Below, piece by piece: positions 43,062 through 53,539 of a stretch of DNA of 64,000 nt. The DNA comes from Phormidesmis sp. GTDB taxonomy: Bacteria > Cyanobacteriota > Cyanobacteriia > Leptolyngbyales > Leptolyngbyaceae. The notes under the pieces were generated by a model. The model was not told where the DNA came from. It made no database searches and saw nothing but the letters and a program-made list of their open reading frames with translations. Each line of letters opens with the position of its first letter. Positions within the stretch are counted from its first letter, which is position 1. The position numbers and the translations under genes were made by a program. The stretch is from positions 896,001 through 960,000 of the forward strand of contig CBDFJR010000002.1 of NCBI GenBank assembly GCA_965248535.1, in the 5' to 3' direction.

Positions 43062-46000
43062 ATGTTTGTTGATTACTTTATTAAACGCCCCGTTCTCGCC
43101 AGCGTTTGTTCGCTGATTATCGTGATTGCAGGTGCAGTGAGTTTACCGTTGCTGCCCATTGAGCAATATCCCGATATCAGTCCTGTGCAAGTTGCCGTTA
43201 GCTCTGTCTATCAAGGTGCCAGTGCTGATGTCGTTGAAAAAACCGTTACAAGCGTTTTAGAACGGCAGATTAACGGGGTAGAGGGCATGAGATATCTGAC
43301 CTCTAAGAGCAGCAATGATGGCTCTAGTCAGATCACCGTCACCTTTGAGCCAGGGCGCAACAAAGATCTGGCGGCAGTAGACGTGCAAAACCGCGTTTCT
43401 CTGGCAGAGCCACAGCTGCCCGATACAGTGCGGCAAACGGGGGTGCGAGTCAGCAAACAATCTAGCTCGATCGTCCTAGGCATGGGCGTTTATGGCGACA
43501 AAGGGCAATATGACAACATCTTTTTGAGCAACTATGCAGACTTGTATGTGCTCGATCGCTTGCGGCGCATCAAAGGGGTTGGCAACGTGCAGCCCTTTGG
43601 CGAACGCCGCTACTCAATGCGAATCTGGCTTGACCCCACCAAAATGGCGAGTCGAGGATTATCGGCGCAAGATGTCGTGTCTGCCCTCCAAGAGCAAAAC
43701 TTGCAGGTTGGTGCCGGGCAGATTGGGCAACCGCCCAGCAAAGAAACTCAGATGTATCAAATCGATTTAATCGCGATCGGGCGATTGGTCGAAAAATCAG
43801 AGTTTGAAGACATCATCATCAAAACAGGAGCCGATGGTGCCCTTGTCAAGGTCAAAGATGTCGGCCGGGCAGAACTCGGCGCAGAAAGCTACACAAGTTT
43901 TTCGCGCTATAACGGCTTACCCTGCTTTGGTATGGGCATTAATCAACTCCCCGGCAGCAACGCCCTAGAGGTTGCCCACGCCGTTAAAGAAGAGATGAAA
44001 TTGCTGTCAAAAGAATTTCCGGCGGGCATGACCTATTCCATTCCCTATGACCCGACGGTGTTTGTTGAAGAGTCTCGCAAAGAGGTGATCAAAACCCTCT
44101 ATGAAGCAATCTTGCTCGTGGTGTTTGTGATTTTCATCTTCATTCAAGATTGGCGGGCAACGCTGATTCCAGCGATTACGATTCCCGTTTCACTGATTGG
44201 CACCTTCGCATTCATGAAGGTGTTTGACTTCACATTCAACAGCCTGAGTTTGTTCGGCATCACGCTAGCCACAGGCTTAGTCGTAGACGACGCAATTATC
44301 GTGATCGAAAACATCGATCGCTTGATGAAAGAGCAGAATCTGCCTCCTCTAGAAGCCGCATCTGCTGCGATGAAAGAAGTGACGGGAGCGGTGATCGCGA
44401 CTTCGTTAGTCTTAATGGCGGTGTTTGTGCCCGTGGCGTTTTTTCCGGGCACGACAGGACAGCTTTATAAACAGTTTGCGCTGACGATCGCGTTCTCAGT
44501 TGCCATCTCTACGTTTAATGCGCTGACGTTTACGCCTGCGCTCTCGGCGCTATTGCTGCGCGGTGATGAACCTCATAATTGGTTCTTTGATGCGGTCAAC
44601 AAAGGCATCAACGCCATTCGTGCCACCTATGCGCGATTTTTATCCGTCGTGGTGAGGCTAAAGTATGTGGTGTTAGCGATATTTGTCGCCTCTTTGGGGC
44701 TGACAGGGTGGGTCTACCTGCATACACCCACTGCCTTTCTACCAGAAGAAGATCAGGGCTATTTTATTAACGTCATTCAAGGGCCAGAAGGCACATCGAT
44801 TAATTACACGCGCAACGTGATCGCTCAAGTCGAGAAAACGGTGCAGATGATCAAAGAAGAAGTCGCAGGAACTTTTGCGCTAGGCGGCTTTAGCACTGTG
44901 AGCGGCAACACGGCTAACAATGGCGTGATGTTCGTGCCGCTTAAGCCGTGGGATGAACGGCGTAAACCGGAACAAGCCTCTACTGCATTGATTTCTAAAG
45001 TGCGCGGAGCCTTACTAGGCGGCATTTCTGACGCGGTGGTCATTCCCATTAATCCACCCACGATTCAGGGGTTGGGAAGCGTCGGCGGCTTCACTTTTGA
45101 GCTTCAAGATCGGGGCAGCAATGGCATCGAAAAACTGGTCGCCGCTAAAGAAGCGTTAGTGGCTAAAGCCAATCAACAACCTCAGCTTAAAGGCGTATTC
45201 ACCACATTCTCGGCGAATATGCCCCAGTTCAAAATCGATGTCGATCGCAACAAAGCCAAAGCCCTCGACATTCCCCTATCGGAGATTTTCAACACGCTGC
45301 AAACCTTTCTGGGCGGGCGCTATGTGAACGATTTCAACCTGTTTGAGCGCAGCTATCGCGTCTATGTCCAAGCTGACGAACAGTTTCGATCGAACCCTCA
45401 AGACATCGGCTTGCTGCAAGTGCGATCGAACAAAGGACAAATGGTGCCGTTGACCAACTTAGTTACTCTCACTCCAACCACAGGCGCGCAGACGATCAAT
45501 CACTATAATCTGTTTCGCTCGATCGAGATCAACGGCGTAGCGGCTCCGGGGTTCAGTTCTGGTGAGGCGATCAAAGCGATGGAACGCGCTGCAACCGAGG
45601 CGCTACCCAAGGATATGGGCTTTGAGTGGTCAGGCATCTCACTAGAGGAGTTAACCTCTGGCGGTCAGGCTCCGATTATTTTTGGGCTGGGCTTGGTGCT
45701 GGTGTTTCTCGTGTTGGCGGCTCAATATGAGAACTATGTTGACCCGGTAGTAATTTTGCTGTCGGTGCCGCTGGCGGTTTTGGGGGCACTGGTGGCGCAG
45801 AATATTCGTGGCTTTGCCAACGATGTCTATTGTCAGATTGGGCTGGTGATGTTGATTGGTTTGGCGAGTAAAAACGCGATTCTGATTGTTGAGTTTGCTA
45901 ACCAACTGCGGGAGAAAGGATTGTCGGTGACTCAGGCAGCGATCGAGTCTTCAAAAGCCCGATTGCGCCCGATTTTGATGACCTCGTTTGCCTTTATTTT

Positions 46001-46217
46001 GGGACTGATGCCGATGGTGTTTGCGAGTGGCGCAGGTGCTGTCAGTCGTCAATCTTTGGGCACAGCAGTCAACGGCGGAATGCTAGTTTCGACCTTCTTA
46101 AGTCTGTTTATTGTTCCGGTGCTCTATATCGTGATTGTTGGGCTGCAAGAGCGAATTCAAAAGCGGCTGGGTCACGGGCGTGAGGTTAGAACAGCGATCG
46201 AGGAACCCAAACTCTGA
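43062..46217 (+). CDS. RND efflux permease (AcrB/HAE1)
   Basis: FIKRPV, GLVVDDAIIVIEN, KNAILIVEFA, RLRPILMTS. Confidence 0.96.
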   Translation: MFVDYFIKRPVLASVCSLIIVIAGAVSLPLLPIEQYPDISPVQVAVSSVYQGASADVVEKTVTSVLERQINGVEGMRYLTSKSSNDGSSQITVTFEPGRNKDLAAVDVQNRVSLAEPQLPDTVRQTGVRVSKQSSSIVLGMGVYGDKGQYDNIFLSNYADLYVLDRLRRIKGVGNVQPFGERRYSMRIWLDPTKMASRGLSAQDVVSALQEQNLQVGAGQIGQPPSKETQMYQIDLIAIGRLVEKSEFEDIIIKTGADGALVKVKDVGRAELGAESYTSFSRYNGLPCFGMGINQLPGSNALEVAHAVKEEMKLLSKEFPAGMTYSIPYDPTVFVEESRKEVIKTLYEAILLVVFVIFIFIQDWRATLIPAITIPVSLIGTFAFMKVFDFTFNSLSLFGITLATGLVVDDAIIVIENIDRLMKEQNLPPLEAASAAMKEVTGAVIATSLVLMAVFVPVAFFPGTTGQLYKQFALTIAFSVAISTFNALTFTPALSALLLRGDEPHNWFFDAVNKGINAIRATYARFLSVVVRLKYVVLAIFVASLGLTGWVYLHTPTAFLPEEDQGYFINVIQGPEGTSINYTRNVIAQVEKTVQMIKEEVAGTFALGGFSTVSGNTANNGVMFVPLKPWDERRKPEQASTALISKVRGALLGGISDAVVIPINPPTIQGLGSVGGFTFELQDRGSNGIEKLVAAKEALVAKANQQPQLKGVFTTFSANMPQFKIDVDRNKAKALDIPLSEIFNTLQTFLGGRYVNDFNLFERSYRVYVQADEQFRSNPQDIGLLQVRSNKGQMVPLTNLVTLTPTTGAQTINHYNLFRSIEINGVAAPGFSSGEAIKAMERAATEALPKDMGFEWSGISLEELTSGGQAPIIFGLGLVLVFLVLAAQYENYVDPVVILLSVPLAVLGALVAQNIRGFANDVYCQIGLVMLIGLASKNAILIVEFANQLREKGLSVTQAAIESSKARLRPILMTSFAFILGLMPMVFASGAGAVSRQSLGTAVNGGMLVSTFLSLFIVPVLYIVIVGLQERIQKRLGHGREVRTAIEEPKL

Positions 46218-46270
46218 AATCGACATAACCAAGTGCTAGGATTTCATCAACTCGATTTGGTGAAATCGTC

Positions 46271-46522
46271 ATGAAAATTCAACAAATTCTCGATCGTCAA
46301 GGGGTTGTTTACACCGATCCAGAAATTATGAGTGGAGTTCCTGTCTTCGTTGGCACACGAGTTCCTTTGCAAACGTTTTTTGATTACCTAGAAGGTGAAT
46401 CAGGTTTAGCTGAGTTTCTGGAAGATTTTCCCCATCTAAAAACACCAGCATTGCAAGTTTTGGAAGCGATCGCGAGAGCGGTGCTAAATCATAGTACTCT
46501 CTTTAACCTAAGCAATGGTTGA
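46271..46522 (+). CDS. DUF433-family antitoxin-like protein; no intact partner seen
   Basis: DPEIMSGVPVFVGTRVP...FLEDFPHL. Confidence 0.85.
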   Translation: MKIQQILDRQGVVYTDPEIMSGVPVFVGTRVPLQTFFDYLEGESGLAEFLEDFPHLKTPALQVLEAIARAVLNHSTLFNLSNG

Positions 46523-46612
46523 CTTTCATGAATCAACCAATCGAAGATCGATCACATCGATGGATGTTGGGTCTTCTCGCGTCAATCTAATCTGCGGTGC
46601 AGGGCGATCGCT

Positions 46613-48703
46613 CTACAAACAAACGCCAAAAACGCATATCTTGGGAGGCTTGATGATCTCGCCAATCGGCTTCAGGGTCGGAATCTTCAATCCTGGGAAC
46701 AGTTGCTTGACAACATCGATATAGCCGTTGACTTCTGCGGTAGCGCGAGCAAACTCAGAGAAGCCAGAGAAGCCAACATCAAAGATGCAGCCTTCCATCA
46801 AATCTTGGGTCACATTTGCCTCTGTGCAGGCATTCTGTGCTTTTTGGATCTGGTCAGCAGACAGCATATTGAGCGTTAAGTATTTGTCTGGAAAAGCAGG
46901 ATCGACATAGTTTTTGGTGGTTTTGCCTGCTGGATAATCGAACAAGGATTCTTCTTGTTTGACGCGCCAGCTATTACCAAACTCCTTGTAAAGTTGGTCG
47001 AAATAAAGCTTTTCGGCTCCACTCAGCGCCCCTGGAATTCTCAAACCAGCGAAACTTAGGACTTGCTTCACATCGCCATAAGTTGATTTGGAGTCCAAAG
47101 AGTTTTCTTTGCCGCGAATCCTTTGGTCATCATTGGGATTGCCATTGACATTTCCAAGCAAACCGTTATATTTTCCTGCTCGGTTATAGACAAAGGGTGA
47201 AACGTTAAAGTATGAATTTCCCCCAGCACTGATTGGGCTAACTATGACCTTTTCACCTGTAGAAAAATTAACCACGTAAGCATTCCCTTGTTTCAAGATC
47301 TCACCATCACCTGGCAAATCTAGTTTATTACCTTGAATTGTCGTCGGGTTACCATTCACCCGTAGAGGCGTGCTGATATCCGCATCGGGAAAATCTTTTG
47401 AATACAAAGCAACGCGGGTGCTTCCCACTCTCATCGCTACGGCACTATTGAGTGAAAGAGAAGATCTAACAGGGGCTTGTCGAGTTTGAACTTCAAATGC
47501 ACCATCGTTGGACTTTGATAAGATGAATTCTCCTACTGTTTGAAAGCTGTATCTCATGCCATCAAACGTGGCGATATGCGGGTCACCGTAGCTTTTTCCT
47601 GCTTTCAGTTTGCACTCTTCACTATTTTGATTGTTTTCGGTTTTACATGGGTCTTCCTTTTTTTTGCAAGGTGCTGACACGCCGTATTCGTCTCGAAACT
47701 TGTCTAGCTTGTCACCTAATGAAGCCTGTTTTGCTGCCGCTTCTTCTAACCTGTCGTATGATTTCTTGACAGCATCATCCAAGACACCACTTCCTCGCAT
47801 TGGCCCTAGTAATCCAAGTGCTTTCCCATACGGTTTCGATGCAGAAGGAATCACTTGAAGCCCTCCTACAAGACCGACACAAGCTGATCCATATATTAAG
47901 AAACCGAAATCAACAAGTTCCAGTACGGGTAACACTGCCGCAGTAGCAGCTAAACCCCAAGGAGTAAGGCCAGCCCAACTCATGATTGAGATTTGAGACC
48001 ATGCAAGGCTATTACTCATATCATCAACAGTTGCACAGAAGCGTCTTGCAGTTCCACAGAAACCAGATTCCGATTCTTTTTCGCTACTTTTATTACTACT
48101 TTCGCTTCTAGGATTTATATCCCTAGGCAAATCTGATTTTAGGTTATTTGGTAGATTAACTTTATGAGTTTCACTTTTTCCAGAGCCATCATCATATGTA
48201 AATTGATACTCCTCACCTGAAAAACCACCAGTATAAGTTTTAATCTTTCCACCTGGGTAAGTACTTATTATTTGTATTCCCCTTCCTGGCTTATTTTTTA
48301 CCTGATGTTTGACACTACCGTTTTTCGTGTCTTCAATAATTGTTACGCCATTCCCCTTTTCATCAATACGACTGATAAAAGAGTTGCCACAAGATTTCTT
48401 ATTGTTAGCAATATACTCAATGTTGTCAGGAAGAGGTTTTCCATCTACATTTCTCGCGTTTAGAATTATTTTGCATCCTTCTGGAGTGGTTGATGATATT
48501 GCTCCAGAGTTCAGTGCAAGCATCCGATTTGGTGGTACCGTTGCATTGACGGTTTCGCCCCAGTTTAAGAAACTATAACAACTCGCCGAGTTAAAGCTAA
48601 GAATCCCGCACAGTAGGAAAGCGATCGCTTTCCGCCAGAAAACAGCGTTCACTACAAAGAGAGACGTAATGAGCGCAATAAAAATAAATCTTAACTGTCG
48701 CAT
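46613..48703 (-). CDS. Secreted protein with a C-terminal von Willebrand factor D (VWD) domain
   Basis: Hydrophobic N-terminus; GDPHIATFDG..YSFQTVGEFIL, GLLGNVNG.P.DD, FGNSWRV....SLFDY, CIFD. Confidence 0.82.
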   Translation of the reverse strand: MRQLRFIFIALITSLFVVNAVFWRKAIAFLLCGILSFNSASCYSFLNWGETVNATVPPNRMLALNSGAISSTTPEGCKIILNARNVDGKPLPDNIEYIANNKKSCGNSFISRIDEKGNGVTIIEDTKNGSVKHQVKNKPGRGIQIISTYPGGKIKTYTGGFSGEEYQFTYDDGSGKSETHKVNLPNNLKSDLPRDINPRSESSNKSSEKESESGFCGTARRFCATVDDMSNSLAWSQISIMSWAGLTPWGLAATAAVLPVLELVDFGFLIYGSACVGLVGGLQVIPSASKPYGKALGLLGPMRGSGVLDDAVKKSYDRLEEAAAKQASLGDKLDKFRDEYGVSAPCKKKEDPCKTENNQNSEECKLKAGKSYGDPHIATFDGMRYSFQTVGEFILSKSNDGAFEVQTRQAPVRSSLSLNSAVAMRVGSTRVALYSKDFPDADISTPLRVNGNPTTIQGNKLDLPGDGEILKQGNAYVVNFSTGEKVIVSPISAGGNSYFNVSPFVYNRAGKYNGLLGNVNGNPNDDQRIRGKENSLDSKSTYGDVKQVLSFAGLRIPGALSGAEKLYFDQLYKEFGNSWRVKQEESLFDYPAGKTTKNYVDPAFPDKYLTLNMLSADQIQKAQNACTEANVTQDLMEGCIFDVGFSGFSEFARATAEVNGYIDVVKQLFPGLKIPTLKPIGEIIKPPKICVFGVCL

Positions 48704-48889
48704 AATTAGAACCTGCTGAGGCGGCACAACGAACTAACATTCAGCGATAGAATATCATGCGACTTTGGAGATAGTCAGTGATTTTACAGATTTTTTCAGA
48801 AACTTTATATATTTTTATAACGAATGGGAGTTTATTCTTACGCAAGTTCACTAGTTCGATCGGGTCTTTTTTGGGTGCCTAATTCTCGC

Positions 48890-50597
48890 TCACGGCTTGC
48901 GATTGACCTGGAGCCAGATTTCTAACGTGACCAGCAGCCAGAGTTTTAAGCCATATCGGTGCCCGTCTCGGCGATCGTCGAGCCAATCTCGAATCAAAGC
49001 CTGATTTAAGTAGGGCGCGATCGCTGCTCTCTTGTTAAGCAATAAAGCTCTAGTTCGGCGGTGCCATTGGCTGCGAAACCACTGCTGCATGGACATGATC
49101 ATGCCGCTTTTGGGACGGTTGAGGATCGCGTCAGGCAACAAATCAGCGACAGCAGACTTCAAAACGGCTTTTTCTTGCGCTCCTGAAAGCTTGTATTGAG
49201 GCGGAATTTGCAAACTCAGTTCGACCATGCGCGCATCAAAAAGCGGCGATCGTCCCTGCACTCCGGCGGCTTGAGTCAAGATTGTTGACTTTTGTGAGAA
49301 TGTAGTCTGCTCCTTTGAAGTTAATGTTGAGCAACATCAATCGATTCAGATAGGTTTGATGATCGGATTGCAGCCCGATCGTAAACACCGATGGAACGGA
49401 GGCGATCTCATGATAGATTTCTGGCTTTAACAACTGAGGCAAGTCTAAAAAACACTTTTGAAACGAAGTTAAATACGCTGAAGTAACGTCATAGTTAACG
49501 GATTCGACAACAGAACCGTAAAGATTATTTAACAGCATCGGCTTATTTTTAGGGCCCGCAAAACAGGGATCTCCGCCCTCACCGTTGAGAATCACACCCA
49601 CCGATCGGCGGGCGGCTTGTCCCAAAATTAGGTTAGGAACGGTCAATCCTTCCCCGATCGGGTCATCTAAACAAGCCAGCGTTTCGGGTAGCTGTTGCCA
49701 AATTGTTTCTGGGGAGATCTCTAAGATGTGATGCTCGGTTTGGCAGTGAGCGGCCACCAGATTAGCAAACTCTAACTCATGGGGATAGTTAGAACCAAAG
49801 TGCATCGAGTAGGTGTGAACCGGACGATCGTGCAGTTTTTTGGCCAGCGCCACAATGCAGCTAGAGTCGATGCCGCCCGATAGATAAGCGCCGACAGGCT
49901 GATCAACCGGGAGCGATTCTTGAACAATTTGTTCTAACAGCGATCGCACTTGTTTGCCATGCCATTCTAAAGATTGTTCCTCGTTGCAGATCTGTTCTTG
50001 GGGTTGCCAGTAGGTTTGTAGGTGATCATCGGGCATTCTCAAAACGGTTCCCGGACGCAGTTCTTTCACGTCTCGCCACAGGGTTTGACTGCCCGGCACA
50101 AACGCGCAGCAGAGATAATCGCGCAGAGCAACCAGATCAAGTTCATCTGATCGATAGGGGGTGAGCGATCGTAGCTTCAGCGAGATCCAGCGAGTCGTTC
50201 CATTAATAGTGTAGTAGAGAGTTTTAGACCCCACGCGATCGCGCCCTAACCAAAGTTCTTGTCGTTCTCGATCCCAGACCGCAAAAGCAAACATTCCTTG
50301 CAGCAACGTCAGCGTTTCGACCTGATAGTGCTGCCACAACTGCGCTACTAGTTCGAGGTCGGTGAGAATTGGGACTGTTCCCTCTAATTTTTTGAACAAA
50401 TCACTGCGATTGATTAACCACACATCGCCTACAATCACAAATCTCTGGTTTGGGGTCAGAGTCGGCGACCCATTGACCACCGCAAACCGAGCATCAGACC
50501 AGCTAACGGCTCCTGGCAAGTGCTCATAGTTCCACGCTATCAACCAGCCTGGGGCGGCAGCTAGGGGCGGCGAAGCGATCGGACGAGGAAATAGCAA
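48890..50597 (-). CDS. Asparagine synthetase-like amidotransferase; +1 frameshift near 49279
   Basis: GMFAFAVWD, RDRVG.K.LYY, LSGGIDSS, GEGGDP; RSPLFD...EKAVLK...RPK.G continues in the second ORF. Confidence 0.85.
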
Positions 50598-50663
50598 AGC
50601 AAGAATCGGCAGAAAGGTTTGTCTGTCATGCTACTCGCAAGCGGCAGAATCAACAACTCCTCC

Positions 50664-50696
50664 AGATTTCCGACTTCTCTGAAAAGTCGGAAATCT
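50664..50696. repeat. Dispersed REP-like palindrome, same family as the RAYT flanks
   Basis: AGATTTCCGACTT-CTCTGAA-AAGTCGGAAATCT. Confidence 0.85.
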
Positions 50697-50788
50697 TAAA
50701 CCTTTCGCGTGCAGGAAATCATTCTGTTCGTGATCCTCCGATCGTCAGTGCGGTTACAATAAATCGATAGTTTCATAGGAACTGAGTT

Positions 50789-53539
50789 TTGTCTCAGACT
50801 AAGATTCGCCGCACCTGGCTTCCTCATATTATTTTAGGAGGAACGTTATTTTTAACGCTGCTCTCTTCTAGCTATGCTGCGATCAGTGGCAGAGTGCGAG
50901 ATCAGTTGCAGTTTGAAAATGCTGTACAGCTAAGTCAAAGCGAGATTCAAAACCGTCTTGAGACCTATACGGCTCTGCTGCGGGCGGGCAGTGGCTTATT
51001 TGCAGCCAATGAGCAGGTCAGCCGATCGCAGTTTAGCGCCTATGTCAACCGCTTGAGGCTGCGCCAGCGCTATCCGGGGGTGCTGGGCATCGGCTATGCC
51101 CAGCGAATTTCATCGGCCGATTTAGAAGGGTCGGTGGCAGCGATTCGTCGAGAGATGCCAAAATTTGAGATCAGACCCGATCGTCCCCTCCGAGACGACT
51201 ATTTCCCGATCGTCTATATCGAACCCGCAGAGCCGCGCAATCAGAAAGCGATCGGCTTTGATATGTTTTCGGAGATAACCCGACAAACGGCGATGGAGCG
51301 GGCACGAGATTTAGGTGACCCCGCCGCCTCTGGGCGAGTGATCTTAGTTCAAGAAGTTGAGGCGACCAAGCAAGCCGGATTTTTGCTCTATCTGCCCGTC
51401 TATCGAGGCGGCGGCATTCCTGAGACCGTCAGCGATCGTCGGGCCGCCTTAAAAGGATTTGTCTACAGTCCCTTTAGAGCCGATGATCTGCTCAAAGGCA
51501 TCTTTGACGGCAAAGAGCCGCTGCCTATAGACTTTGAAGTTTATGATGGCACTGAGTTGCGTGCTGAAAATCTGCTGCACCGCTTTAATTCACCCAGTCA
51601 AGCGCCAAAATTCACCACGACTCGCACCTTTGAAATCGCAGGACGCAACTGGACTCTAGTCTTTGTCTCGCGCCCCGAATTGGGATCAGACTCACGATCG
51701 CAGCAAGCCCCTCTGATTTTGGGCGGCGGCGTGATTTTGAGTTTTGTGCTGTTTGGGGTGACCCGTGCCCAAGTGCAGGCAAGACTTGCGGCCGAGCGGG
51801 CGGCGGCAGATCTTCGCAAGTCAGAGGCGGCGCTGCGGCTGAGTGAGGCCCGACTGCAACGCCTCGTAGATGCCAATGGGCAAACCAATCAACGGCTGGG
51901 TTTTTTATATGCCATGTCGAGCAGTCTGCTTATTCATCAGCAGCCGAGCCAGTTTATCAGCAGCTTATTTAGTCAACTCTCGCAGCAGTTGAAGCTAGAA
52001 GTCTATATTAATCATCTGTTTGACTCCGATCGCCAAATGCTGCACCTGCATTCTCATAGCGGCATCTCTGAGGCTGACGCGTCAACCGTTGAGTGGCTAG
52101 CGTTGGGGCAGTCGATCTGTGGAGCGGTGGCTCAAACGCGATCGCCGATCGTGCTAGAGCGAGTGCAGCAAACCAAGTCTCCCCAAGCTGAGTTGGCCCG
52201 CTCGATCAGAGTCACCGCCTATGCCTGCTATCCGCTATTAGCTCGAAATCAGTTAATGGGCACGCTGGCCTTTGGCACTCGCAATCGATCTAGCTTTGAC
52301 ACTGACGAACTGGCGTTGATGCTGGTGGTCTGCGATCAGGTTGCAACCGCGCTAGAACGGGCCAAACTCTTAGCCCAATTGCAGCAGCAAACCGAAGAGC
52401 TAAAGCAAGCCAATCGCATGAAAGACGAGTTTTTGGCGATGCTGTCTCACGAGCTTCGCACCCCGCTTAACGCCATGCTGGGGTGGATCACCATGCTGCG
52501 AACTCGTCACCTTGACGCAGCCACCACTACACGAGCGTTAGAAAGCATCGATCGCAACACGAAATCCTTGGCGCAACTGATCGAAGATGTGCTAGAAGTG
52601 TCGCGAATTATCACAGGCAAACTGCGGCTAAAGTTGAGTCGGGTATCTCTCGCTCAAGTCATGGTGGGCGCGATCGAGACTGTGCGAGCTAGCGCAGAGG
52701 CTAAAGAGATTCAGATTGAGTCGTTTAGTGATGCGACAGTGCCCCCGATCGTAGGAGATGCGACCCGACTTCAGCAGGTGATTTGGAACTTGCTCTCCAA
52801 CGCGATTAAGTTTACGCCCCAAGGCGGCCGCATAGAGATGACGTTGGTCAGTGAAGACAACCACGCCAAAATTACGGTCACAGACACCGGACAGGGCATC
52901 AGCGCTGACTTTTTGCCCTATGTTTTTGATCGCTTTCGGCAGGCAGACAGTTCGACGACGCGATCGTATGGCGGGCTGGGGTTGGGGCTAGCGATCGTGC
53001 ATCACATCGTGGAACGACACAACGGCACGATCGCTGCCGACAGTCCCGGAGAAGACCAGGGAGCTACGTTTACGGTGCGGCTGCCGCTTGAGCCACCAGA
53101 CAATGCCGTTTCTGTGGCTGAAACTGCGCCTGTTGATGTTCTGCCCAACCCATCAATTCCGGGTTCGACGCTTAGAGGCGTTCGGGTTTTGTTAGTAGAT
53201 GACGAAACCGATGCCCGCGAATTGGTGACGACAGCGCTAGCGCCTTCAGGGGCGATCGTCACCGCCGTCTCTAGCGCCAAAGCGGCCCTGGCCGAGATAT
53301 CGCAGCATTTGCCCGATCTGCTGATCAGCGATATTGGGATGCCCGAAGCCGATGGCTATGCGCTGATTCGCCAACTTCGTGCTCTGAGCTACGAGATTCC
53401 GGCGATCGCCCTAACGGCCTATGCCGGGGGTGAAAATCGAGACCACGCGATCGCGGCGGGCTTTCAGCAGCATTTAGAAAAACCCTTTAACCCAGACGAA
53501 TTAGTCGCGATCGCATCCAGTCTGGTAAACAAACCTTAA
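50789..53539 (+). CDS. Hybrid histidine kinase (CHASE-GAF-HisKA-HATPase-REC)
   Basis: YIEP...N.KAIGFDM.SE..R..AM.RARD (CHASE), LSHELRTPL, GGLGLGL, receiver domain. Confidence 0.93.
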   Translation: MSQTKIRRTWLPHIILGGTLFLTLLSSSYAAISGRVRDQLQFENAVQLSQSEIQNRLETYTALLRAGSGLFAANEQVSRSQFSAYVNRLRLRQRYPGVLGIGYAQRISSADLEGSVAAIRREMPKFEIRPDRPLRDDYFPIVYIEPAEPRNQKAIGFDMFSEITRQTAMERARDLGDPAASGRVILVQEVEATKQAGFLLYLPVYRGGGIPETVSDRRAALKGFVYSPFRADDLLKGIFDGKEPLPIDFEVYDGTELRAENLLHRFNSPSQAPKFTTTRTFEIAGRNWTLVFVSRPELGSDSRSQQAPLILGGGVILSFVLFGVTRAQVQARLAAERAAADLRKSEAALRLSEARLQRLVDANGQTNQRLGFLYAMSSSLLIHQQPSQFISSLFSQLSQQLKLEVYINHLFDSDRQMLHLHSHSGISEADASTVEWLALGQSICGAVAQTRSPIVLERVQQTKSPQAELARSIRVTAYACYPLLARNQLMGTLAFGTRNRSSFDTDELALMLVVCDQVATALERAKLLAQLQQQTEELKQANRMKDEFLAMLSHELRTPLNAMLGWITMLRTRHLDAATTTRALESIDRNTKSLAQLIEDVLEVSRIITGKLRLKLSRVSLAQVMVGAIETVRASAEAKEIQIESFSDATVPPIVGDATRLQQVIWNLLSNAIKFTPQGGRIEMTLVSEDNHAKITVTDTGQGISADFLPYVFDRFRQADSSTTRSYGGLGLGLAIVHHIVERHNGTIAADSPGEDQGATFTVRLPLEPPDNAVSVAETAPVDVLPNPSIPGSTLRGVRVLLVDDETDARELVTTALAPSGAIVTAVSSAKAALAEISQHLPDLLISDIGMPEADGYALIRQLRALSYEIPAIALTAYAGGENRDHAIAAGFQQHLEKPFNPDELVAIASSLVNKP

